Assembly (NCBI GenBank): GCA_951406725.2
Contig: OX597817.1
Coordinates: 60,450,001-60,514,000, forward strand
Direction: 5' to 3'
Length of the DNA stretch: 64,000 nt
DNA from: Octopus vulgaris
Taxonomy: Eukaryota
In this document: one piece after another, positions 53,417-64,000 of the stretch
How the letters are laid out: each line of letters opens with the position of its first letter
Numbering within the stretch: position 1 is the stretch's first letter
The notes under the pieces: model-generated
What the model saw: only the letters and a program-made list of their open reading frames with translations
Database searches by the model: none
Told to the model about the DNA's origin: nothing
Translations under genes and position numbers: made by a program

Positions 53417-53939
53417 TAAGTAGATTGATGTAAGGGACTAGAGTGAAAGTGAGAGAAAAGAAAAGAGAGGAAAGGTGAAAGAGGGTTTGTGAAAGTCGCA
53501 GATTTTGGAATGATACGATAGAAAAAGCGGTGTCAAGTAGAAGTGTAGGTTGAAACGACATGTCAGGAGCGGGTGAAAAAATGCATAATTTAAAATTGAA
53601 GAGATAACGATGAGTTGCTGAGATAGGCTTGTAGAGACGAGGGGGTCATGCTATATATGTGTTGGCACTGGAAGGGAAGTTCAGTAAGGATAGCAGAAAA
53701 GTTAAGGAGGGTTTGAAGCACACTCCAATATCTTAAAAGCCCTGATATTTGGTAGGATAAAAAAATGAAAATAAGAGCCTACCTATTTGGCTTAGCTCCT
53801 CTCCGCCTCCCTCTCTTCCTCTCCCCTCCTCTCTCTCTCTCTCTCTCTGTTTCTTTCACTTCCAGAAGAAACGTGCTGAAAGAAATCCACGTAATCCTGT
53901 GAAATGTTGAGTCGTGATTTAAACAAAATCAGCTGTAAA

Positions 53940-54565
53940 TGGGCATGGCCGTGCGGTTAAGAACTTTGCAATGTAGTTTGAGTGGTTTGGGTTCAATCTC
54001 ATTACGCGGAACCTAGGTCAAGTGTCATTTACTACAGCACCAGACCGACTAATGCCTTATGAGAGATTTCGGCAGACAGAGACTTCGCGGAAGCCCGTCG
54101 TGTGTGTACATATATATACACATACACAGACATACACGCGTATACACACACACACACACACACACACATATATTGTTTACGAGCATCCTTTGAAAATTTT
54201 ATGTAAAGATTTCTTTTTCAGTCTATTATTTATTGCTATATCTGCTTCGAGTTCAACCGTGAAAATGCGCGTGCGCATGTGTGCGAGCGTGCATGCGCGT
54301 GTGCGTGTGTGTGTATTGTGTCTGTCCCCTCACTGTTGGACAACCGGTGCTGGGTAATTTACATCGCCGTAACTTATCCATTCGACTAGAGATTCCGACA
54401 GATTCACCACGCTTCAAAAATAAAAAAAATAAAAAACAATATAGGCGCAGGTTCCGGGTTCAGTCCCACTGCGTGGCATGTTGGGCAAGTGTCTTCTACT
54501 ATAGCCTCGGGCCGACCAAAGCCTTGTGAGTGGATTTGGTAGACGGAAACTGAAAGAAGCCTGTC
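53940..54565 (+). mobile_element. Two SINE family A copies (old 53940-54420; young head 54443-54565)
   Basis: Family A head and 3' blocks. Confidence 0.75.
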
Positions 54566-54784
54566 CCCTTCCCTCTGCTCCCTCACTCCCCTTCTCTCTC
54601 ACCCTCTCCCTCTTTCCTCCTTCCTCCTCCCCTCCTCCTCCCCTTCCTCTCTCTCCCCCTCCTCTCCTCCCCCTCCCCCTCTTCTCCTCTCTCCACACTA
54701 CACCACACGACTTTACACATCACATCATATATGATGTGCCATACTAATACATACACCAACTAATACATACTAATACATACTAAT

Positions 54785-54955
54785 ACATACTAATACATAC
54801 ACCAACCCTATACATACACACGTCCAGACCTCTCATACGCACTAATACTCTCTCATACACACACACACACACACACACACTCTTATACATACTAATACAT
54901 ACACCAACCCTATACATACACACGTCCAGACCTCTCATACGCACTAATACTCTCT

Positions 54956-54996
<41 letters not shown>

Positions 54997-54998
54997 AT
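54785..54998. repeat. Tandem duplication of a ~100-bp unit
   Basis: CATACTAATACATACACCAACCCTATACATACACACGTCCAGACCTCTCATACGCACTAATACTCTCTCATA(CA)n occurs twice. Confidence 0.9.
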
Positions 54999-55119
54999 GT
55001 TGGAGCTGGTCACTCAACCCTATTATCTCCCCTAATTTCGCTCTCGCGTCTCATGTTTGATCTTTGACTTCTGGCCGAAATCAGATCGCCATGTTGGTTC
55101 GTTAGTTACTGCACGCATT

Positions 55120-55277
55120 TTTTTTCTCTCCTTCTTTCTGTGTTTTTTTTCTCTCTGTGTATCTTTCTGTTGAAGAGCGTAGGCTCGAAACGTTAAAGAC
55201 TTGTTTTATTTATATTTCCTGAGCGCCATACTAATACAATTGTTTGTTTGTTTTCCACCTGCCTTCGTCTTTTGTCT
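55120..55277 (+). mobile_element. Penelope-like terminal repeat fragment with a minimal hammerhead-like motif (55162-55199)
   Basis: TCTTT-CTGTTGA-A-GAGC-GTAG-GCTC-GAAACGTT-AAAGA. Confidence 0.6.
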
Positions 55278-55296
55278 ATTTTCATAAAGCTTCCCG

Positions 55297-55363
<67 letters not shown>

Positions 55364-55369
55364 TGTATT

Positions 55370-55690
55370 TGTGTGTCTGTGTTTGTCCCCCTAGCATTAC
55401 TTGACAACCGATGCTGGTGTGTTTATGTCCCCGTTACTTAGCGGTTCGGCAAAAGAGACTCATAGAATAAGTACTGGGCTTACAAAAATAATAAGTCCCG
55501 GTGTCGAGCTGCTCGATTAAAGGCGGTGCTCCAGCATGGCCGCAGTCAAATGACTGAAACAAGTAAAAGAGTAAAAGAGTAAAAGAGAGACATAATTATT
55601 GGGATTTGATTTCTTCGACCGAAACGCTTCAAGACTGTGCCCCAGCATGGCCACAGTCCAATAACTGAAACAATCGATATATAAAACATA
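55370..55690 (+). mobile_element. SINE family A 3' half plus a duplicated tail
   Basis: TTTGTCCCCCTAGCATTACTTGACAACCGATGCTGG..CCAGCATGGCCGCAGTCAAATGACTGAAAC. Confidence 0.85.
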
Positions 55691-56007
55691 AAGATATAAA
55701 AAAAAACACAAATGTTTTAAGAATTTCTTCGATAGGCAAGAACTGTGCCGTTTGTAGGTCACATGCAATATTTGGAATAAAGATTATCGGCAAAGATAAG
55801 AGAGTCTTTTTTTTTGTCTGTTTTTGTGTCTCATTAATTTTATGCTTTCAACAAACGTTTTTTGCTGGAAATTTCGTGGGTTTTGTTTAGATATTTTCAG
55901 CGATTTTAGTTTGCGATTATTAACGGAGTAAAAGAATCAACGGTGAAGAAGTCTTTTATATATTTTAAAAATTTCTTTTATCGTTTGATATTTCTTTCAA
56001 GACTTAG

Positions 56008-56598
56008 AGCGGCGAGCTGGCAGAATCGTTAGCACGCCGGGCGAAATGCTTAGCGGTATTTCGTCTGTCGCTACGTTGTGAGTTCAAATTCCGCCGAGGT
56101 CGACTTTGCCTTTCATCCTTTCGGGGTCGATAAATTAAGTACCAGTTACGCACTGGGGTCGATGTAATCGACCTAATACCTATGTCTGTCCTTGTTTGTC
56201 CCCTCTGTGTTTAGCCCCTTGTGGGTAATAAAGAAATAGAAATAGGTATTTCGTCTGCCGTTTCGTTCTGAGTTAAAATTCCGCCGAGGTCGACTTTGCC
56301 TTTCATCCTTTCGGGGTCGATTAACTAAGTACCAGTTACGCACTGGGGTCGATATAATCGACTTAATCCGTTTGTCTAGCCTTGTTTGTCCTCTCTGTGT
56401 TTAGCCCCTTGTGGGTAGTAAAGAAATAGGTATTTCCTCTGACGTTACGTTCTGAATTAAAATTCCGCCGAGGTCGACTTTGCCTTTCATCCTTTCGGGG
56501 TCGATAAATTAAGTACCAGTTACGCACTGGGGTCGATATAATCGACTTAATCCGTTTGTCTGTCCTTGTTTGTCCCCCTTGTGGGTAGTAAAGAAATA
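56008..56598 (+). mobile_element. SINE family B trimer, all three units with Tx1-like tails
   Basis: Junctions GAAATA|GGTATTTC at 56244/56245 and 56428/56429; repeat units ~170-185 bp. Confidence 0.9.
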
Positions 56599-57165
56599 TA
56601 TTTAAAATAACAATAATGAATTTTGTCCATATTTTCCGTTCATTACATATGCAACTCAATACACACACACGTTTGTGCATATATATGATTACATAAACAA
56701 ATAGACATAATCTACTCCCACAATTCTATAGAAAGATATATCTTGTAATGAATGCATAGCGTTGAATGACCATTTCAGGGCCACCACGTACTATTATCAA
56801 CAGTGAGAGAAATGTCATGCTTCGAACAGCTGTCACAGCTCACTGTACTTAAAAGAAACATAACTTACTTAAACAACCGCCATCTTTCTAGAGTCACAAA
56901 CGCAAATATTGAAATACTCTATGGACAACAGAGTAATTCTATCCCACGACGAACGAGAGATGATAGAGTGCATTATCCTAGAATATGGTAAACTGCAAAT
57001 CGCAACAGAATCCAATTTACATTTTCATCTTTTATTTTATGCAAACCAATAAAATAAGTCCAAATATGAACTGAAATTTATTTAACCGATTCCATCATTG
57101 TTCATCCTTTGTCGCTAAATTCGTGAATTTATGCCTAAATAAATAATTATCCGTAGGGAGAATAA

Positions 57166-57540
57166 AGCTGGCAGAAACGTTAGCATGCCGGGCAAAATGC
57201 TTAGCGGTATTTCGTCTGCCGTTACGTTCTGAGTTTAAATTCTGCCGAGGTCGACTTTGCCTTTCATCCTTTCGGGGTCGATTAAATAAGAACCAGTTAC
57301 GCACTGGGGTCGATATAATCGATTTAATCCGTTTGTTTGTCCTCTCTGTGTTTAATCCCTTGTGGACTAAAGAAGTAGGTATTTCATCTGTCTTTACGCT
57401 CTGAGTTCAAATTCCGCTGAGGTTAGCTTTGACTTTCATCCTTTCGGGGTCGATAACATAAGTACTAGTGATGTACTGTGGTTGATGTAATCGACTTACC
57501 CCTTCCCCCCAAATTTCAGCCCTTGCAGATAAGGATTATT
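57166..57540 (+). mobile_element. SINE family B dimer
   Basis: Junction AGAAGTA|GGTATTTCATC at ~57377; the second unit has tail 2. Confidence 0.85.
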
Positions 57541-58478
57541 AGCGGGGGTGGGGGATCGACGGAGGCGAAAAGCAGCAGAGCGTCTAACGATTTTGTCAAC
57601 CCACTGCCCTTCAAACATGTATTTTTACAAAAATGCTCAATATTGAGTTATCGAGCTTCAAGCAGTTCTATATTGATTTTAAAATTGCACGTTGCATTAA
57701 TGAAGGAGAGTGCTGTTTGTCACAGGTTGCCAACAAACACATCGTTGGTTTATTAAATTTGCGACGGCAATTGTGACAAAGGGTTTTCGGTGTCATCTGT
57801 ATAAAACAAAGGGATTTTTCTCGGTATTGGTCTCGCCGAAGGGACACACAGACACACATTTACTATTGACAGGGGTGATCTGGGAAAAATTTTGTTGCTA
57901 TTTGCAACAGGTCCAGCGACAATGTAATGACTTCATTGTTATAAGAAGCCAACAAAGAATTGAAACCGAGTCGCAGTGTCAACTCGACCAAAGTTCATCT
58001 TTCTCCTACCCAACACCCGTCTCCTCCGAACATCCTCCTCTTCCTTCTTCACGACAGCAAACTACACGACGTTATCTTGCGTCGCTGCCCACAACATTGT
58101 TTATATATTTCGTTCTGTTTCGTTACCAAGAAATTAGCTTTCAGTGGGCCGTACGTCAGTCGGAGTTGTCTTAAAGTTTATAATATATAACTTTGGTGCC
58201 TGTTTTTTGCGTTAATGTCCATAGTTAAGCGATTTTCAAACACTGGCGCGTGAAACATAACACTGCGTATGATAAATCAACATTGTCTTCTTCACATCCT
58301 CAAATATATTCTCAATCTCTCCTTTCTCTCGTCTGTCCATCAGGCCATCTTTTCATTCGTTGCTTCGTTCCTTCGTTCGTCAAGCCAGGCAGTAACCCTC
58401 TACCCTCAATCTCTATCATTCGCCTAACGCCCTCTCTTACTTTCTATCTCTCTAGCCATCATCCATGCCAACCAACCA

Positions 58479-58576
<98 letters not shown>

Positions 58577-58989
58577 CATGTTGCTGCGCTTATTGTTGTG
58601 GTTGTCCCCCCCCTATATCAGCCATTACCAAGCATATTTATACCAGACCCTTCTCTTAGAAATACTTTACACAGATTCTGGGACTGCAATATTCAAAACT
58701 TCTTTCCCCATTTGTTTTTAATATGGCATAGTGTGATTTGAGGGAGATTTAGTTGCTATTTCTTGTAGGTCGAGCGGCTATGAAAGTGTTGTTGCTGTTA
58801 TTGTTGAGGTGGTTCTTTAGGCTTGTATCAGTCCTAGACAAGCAAACTTTTACCCTTTCATTTACAGTTTATATATATTCTAAGGCTACGATATTCAGAA
58901 CTATTCCCCTTTTTGAATGCAGTGGGTGTGATTTGAGGTTGATTTAGCTATTATTTCTTGCAGAAATAGCAGCGAAATCTCCTGAGAGC

Positions 58990-59350
58990 AACCTTCTATT
59001 ATAGGCATGGGCCAACCAATGCCTTGTGAATGGATTTGATAGATGGAAACTGAAAGAATTCCATCATATATGTGGGCTTGTGTGAATGTGTGTGGTTGTG
59101 TATGTGTGTGTGCGTGTGCGTGCGTGAGTGTGTATTTGCGTTTGTACCTGTCCACCATCACTGTTTGACAAGCGGTGCTGGTTTGTTTACGTCCCTATAA
59201 CCTTAGAGTCCCTATAACAAAAGAGAAAACGATAGAGAAGATACCAGACTTTGAAAAACAAATGAGAACTGAATCCAATTTGTTCAACTAAGCCTCTTAA
59301 GGCGCTTACCCCAGCGTGGCCGCAGTCCTGTCACCGAAACAAGTAAAAAA
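58990..59350 (+). mobile_element. SINE family A, 5'-truncated diverged copy
   Basis: GGGCCAACCAATGCCTTGTGAATGGATTTG..CCCAGCGTGGCCGCAGTC. Confidence 0.7.
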
Positions 59351-59687
59351 TAGAAGGTACATACTCAAATGATTTACAGGTTCACAAGTAAATATGAGCA
59401 ACGACCTCTCGTTGAAAAAAAGAGGCAGGAACTTTTGAAGGGGTTCGGTTGGAAGTAGGACTCAATGCAATCTTATAATTTGCCGCGTTTAGAAGCTTAC
59501 AAGAAGAGAGAAATAATTACGTGCGTCAGTGTAACAGGTACGATTCGCTTCTGGTTGGTGAGGTAAGAGGATGTAATGTCTGGCAGGTTTGCTTCCTATT
59601 TCTAGCCGGTCTCATGTCCCCGTAACTTGCTCTTTCGTTGGTTCGTAAATCCTCCTCCTCCTCCTCCTCCTCCTCATCATCATCATC

Positions 59688-59754
<67 letters not shown>

Positions 59755-59764
59755 GCAACCCCCG

Positions 59765-60057
59765 GTACATTACTGTCTCGAGTCCTAGGACACAGAGGGC
59801 CAGTCACCCGGTTTCCATGGTGCGTAAGTGACTGTGATCACACGGACCACATTGAAGGGGACGCCGGGCCTTTGAGGAGTGACACCTTTTATAACTGAAG
59901 GGAACGGAGCAATAGGAAACGAAATGTTTTGGTCAAAGATATCACGCACTACATGGTCTGGGAATCGAAACCTCGGTCTTGAAATCGTTGGTGCAACACC
60001 CTAATGGTTAGGTCACGCGCCTTCGACACATACGTTTCTTGTAAAATGGAGAAATGC

Positions 60058-60092
<35 letters not shown>

Positions 60093-60340
60093 AAGAGAGA
60101 GAGAGAGAATCTTTTGTTTTGTGTCTTAGGACTTATGGAGCCAGTTACCCAGTTATGAGGCTGAGATCACAACGTTGGCCTTGAAGAGGGCGCCAAGCCT
60201 GTCTGTTGTAAAGTTACTCATTCACAACTGAGTAGTAAACCGGAAGAACTTACGGTCAAAATGTATCATCGCCCAGTCCGGGAAATGAAACCACGATCTT
60301 ACGATCATGAGCGCCACACCGTGAACATAAGGCCCACGAA
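59765..60340 (-). mobile_element. Two SINE family D copies (59765-60022 and 60120-60340)
   Basis: CTCGAGTCCTAGG..CCGGTTTCCATGG..GGGAATCGAAACC blocks. Confidence 0.6.
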
Positions 60341-60558
60341 CCGATGCAGAATAAGGATCGTAACAAAGCTTTTTACTCATGTGTGATTTTTGTTCTTAAT
60401 TTTCTCTTTTTGTGATGTTTAAAAGAATAGTGGGGGGAGGGGAGAGGGCCATTTTTGGGCGGTGGTGGGAGTTAAGGAGAAATAAATAAATGAAATATTT
60501 GCACAAGTGACATCAAATAATAAACAGTTTTAAGGGAAACCTTATTTCTCATGCCCCC

Positions 60559-60654
60559 CTTCTTTCTTCTTCTTCTTCTTCTTCTTCTTCTTCTTCTTCT
60601 TCTTCTTCTTCTTCTTCTTCTTCTTCTTCTTCTTCTTCTTCTTCTTCTTCTTCT

Positions 60655-60734
<80 letters not shown>

Positions 60735-60795
60735 TTCTTCTTCTTCTCTTCTTCTTCTTCTTCTTCTTCTTCTCTTCTTCTTCTTCTTTTTCTTC
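60559..60795. repeat. (CTT)n / (GAA)n microsatellite
   Basis: About 75 mostly pure CTT units. Confidence 0.95.
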
Positions 60796-61046
60796 ATTGT
60801 TTCTATCATTATTAAGTAACCGATTGCGTTCTTTTGTTTTTGGAAGCTGATACCAGAGCCTCGTATTTCCCCACTCCACCTCCTCCTCCTCTTCCTCCTC
60901 CTCCTCCTCATCATCATCATCATCGTCATTGTAATTGTCATCTTCTCCTCCCCACCGTCCTTCCCCATCCTCCTCAGCGTCGTCATGATCTTCATCATTA
61001 TCATCAGCGTCGTCATCCATGCCATAATAAATTCGATAATTTGTGT

Positions 61047-61084
<38 letters not shown>

Positions 61085-61459
61085 TAGAGAGAGAGAGAGG
61101 GAGGGGGAGCGATTGTTGTCCCAGCATTGGGCTCGTACTTCTCTTATCAACCCCGAAAGAGTGAAATGCAAAGTTGACCCCAAGCTACAAAGACACGGGC
61201 ATTTTATCCACAACTCCGCTAATCGATCTCCTTATACGGGACCATCTCACAGGACAAGAAATACTGTCTGCCAGGCGGCCATGACTTCCTAATAAATAAC
61301 AGGACAAATTATAGAAGCTACTCTAAGAAGAGAAGATGGGAAGACGCTCTGGAGTGAAATTGGGAACACGATATCCAGGCTGGAGACAGACGTGAGAAGG
61401 AAGTTTCTGCGGGGAACTTGTCCATAATTTCTATCTCAGATTGCTGTTCATGTGATATC

Positions 61460-61685
61460 CCGTGAGCTAGTGGTGAGGGCGTTGCATTTTTGATAGCAAG
61501 ACCATGGTTTCGATCTCGACATCGGGAGTAAAATACTTCGTTTCACACTCGTCCAGTCCCACCAGTTGTAAATGAATAACTCTGCAAAGGACTGGCGTCC
61601 CGTCCAGGGGAGATGTGATCTCGGTCACTTATTCGCCACAGAAACCGTGGGGTAACCGATCACACGAGTCATAGAACTCGAGACC
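61460..61685 (+). mobile_element. SINE family D copy
   Basis: GGTTTCGATC..GGACTGGCGTCCCGTCCAGGGG..CGCCACAGAAACCG..GAACTCGAG. Confidence 0.65.
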
Positions 61686-62813
61686 ATATTCAGGATTGTT
61701 TTTTTATTCCTGCTCATAGAGTTAAAAATGAATTGAGAAATTTATTGAGTAAAATTTTGGTTCTTAGGGTTTTCGCGTGAAACCCCTTCGAGAATTCGCC
61801 TGTCATTGAGACCTGAATAGGTTTTCTTCTTTTGATATCTTAAGTGTTGAAATGAAATCGTTTAGGAGGTTGTCTTCTACAGCAACTTGTCTACAACAGC
61901 GGAACTGAAGACAAAACAATGGTTGAAGAACACAAAAGGGTAACACGAGACTCTAAGGTAAAACAACAACAACAACAGCAGAAGCAACAGCAACAACAAC
62001 AACAACAACAACAGCAACAACAAAAACAACAACAGCAATTACAACTACAAAAATGACAGCAGCAACAATAACTACAACAGAAGGAGAGATTTTAGAAAAG
62101 AAGAAAAATGATGGCAATGATGATGATGATGATGATGTTGATGATGAAGATGGTGATGATAAAGAAGGAGGAGGAGGAGGGAGATGAAAGTAAGAATAAG
62201 TGGAAGATGAAGACCACAGATGTTCAACTAAAAGTAAAATGAACAAGAATCAAGAGGTACCACCACTACCACCATCGCATCTACTACTACTACTACTACG
62301 ACTACTAGTCGTGATAATTGTGATAGTAGAGAAAGATAATGGTAAATATGATGTTGATGATGATGATGATGTTGATGATGGTAAGGAGTAACGTTGATTT
62401 ATTGACTTGGTTAAATTCGATGGAATCTTAAAGAAAAAATCACACACACAACCCCCTCCCCCACAAAAACACAAAATAAACACAAAGAAAACATAAACAA
62501 AAGAAGTAAACGTAAAAACAATAAAAACTCCTACCCTAACCACCCGCTTTCCCTACCAAATGACAAAGCATAACAGAAGAAAGAAAAGAAGAAGAAAAAC
62601 AAAAGCTAGAAGAGGATGTCTAAGAGAAGAAGAGCAAGGCAAGGAATGTTGTGTTGGCAAATTTCTTATTTTGGCATCGAGAATTCTTGTGTTGTAATGG
62701 ACAAATTCTGACAAAGAAGAGACGAAGAACTACAACTTGTGTAAGTTAGAAAGAGACATCGATGCTACAGCCTCGCTCTGAGAATGTAAAAGAACATCTC
62801 TTTGTTGTTGTTG

Positions 62814-62845
<32 letters not shown>

Positions 62846-63116
62846 GGTGGTGGTGATGGTGGTGATGGTGGGGGTTGTGGGAGAGAGTGGTGGTGGTGGT
62901 GATGGTGATGGTGCAGTCGGCTTTTGCTATTGTTTTGTAGGCTATTGAGGGGGGTGGGTGGGCTGAAGGTGATGACGTTGATGTTGATGATGATGATGGT
63001 GATGATGATGGTCGTGGTGGTGGTGGTGGTGGTGATATTATTGTTGGTGTTGTTGCTGTTGTTATCAGTGATATCGTTGTAAGCTTTCTTTGTCATTTTT
63101 TGCAAATTCTTTTGCG

Positions 63117-63580
63117 ATACATACATACACACATACATACATACATACAAACACACACATACATACATACATACATAAATACATACACACATACATACAT
63201 GCAAACACACATACATACATAAATACACACATACATACATACATACACACACATACATACATACATACATACATACACATACATACATACATACATACAT
63301 ACATACATACATACACACACACACATACATACATACATACACACACATACATACATACATACATACACACACACATACATACATACATACATACACACAC
63401 ATACATACATACATACACATACATACATACATACAAACATTCTCATACATACATACATACATACATACATACATACATACACAGCCATACACATACATAC
63501 ATACATAATACATACACACACATACATATATACATACACATACACATACGTACATACATATATACATACATACTCAAACA
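63117..63580. repeat. Compound (CATA)n microsatellite
   Basis: ~460 bp of CATA/CA variants. Confidence 0.95.
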
Positions 63581-64000
63581 CACACATATTCATATACACG
63601 CACACTTACATACGATCACACGTGTACAGCATAGGTATGTACCCACATTCGTACATATATACGCTCACGTGAATAGCATAGAGATATACAGACCTTCGTT
63701 TATGCATACACACACATATTATGAGCAAAGACAGAAAGAGAAAGATCGCAGGAAAAAGAGAGGGGGAAAGAGTGAAGGAGAGAGAAGGGGATAGAGATGG
63801 GTGTAGGGGTTGGGAGAGGGAGATGAACCATGAATTTCAAAATAGACAAAGAAAGAAGGGGAAAATGAGAAAACAGAAAATAGAATAAGAGAGAAAAGAG
63901 AAGAGATAGATAGATAGATAGATAGAGAGAGAGAGTGAGTGAAGAGAGTGGGGGTGGAGAAATATTTGGAAAGTAAGAAATTAAGAAGAAAAATAAAAGG

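Noticed and set aside
56008-56598. CRISPR-like array
   Set aside because: The units are ~180-bp SINE monomers with no unique spacers, in a eukaryotic context.

Overview
Eukaryotic, AT-rich and extremely microsatellite-rich DNA. The repeat types (tRNA-Arg-derived SINEs, Deu/Nin-domain SINEs, Ceph-domain-like RTE sequence) point to a coleoid cephalopod, most likely Octopus; this is inferred, not database-checked. I recognise no host exon, rRNA, bona fide tRNA or CRISPR array, so the window looks intronic or intergenic. Almost all ORFs in the track are translations of simple repeats. The real coding remnants are all transposons: two 5'-truncated Tx1-clade LINEs, several R4/Dong-like LINE fragments with a restriction-like endonuclease (RLE), RTE fragments, a near-intact DD37E Tc1-like element and two decayed mariner-like elements. 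Non-coding elements include a non-autonomous Helitron stack, at least four SINE families and several Penelope-type hammerhead ribozyme motifs. Most interesting: (1) a SINE carrying the 3' tail of the Tx1 LINE that forms dimers and a trimer at one fixed internal junction; (2) a spacer-less 5'-to-5' fusion of a Dong-like LINE and a Tx1 LINE with (ATT)n on both sides; (3) hammerhead motifs with long stem II or a non-canonical core. Coordinates were read by eye and may be off by a few bases.
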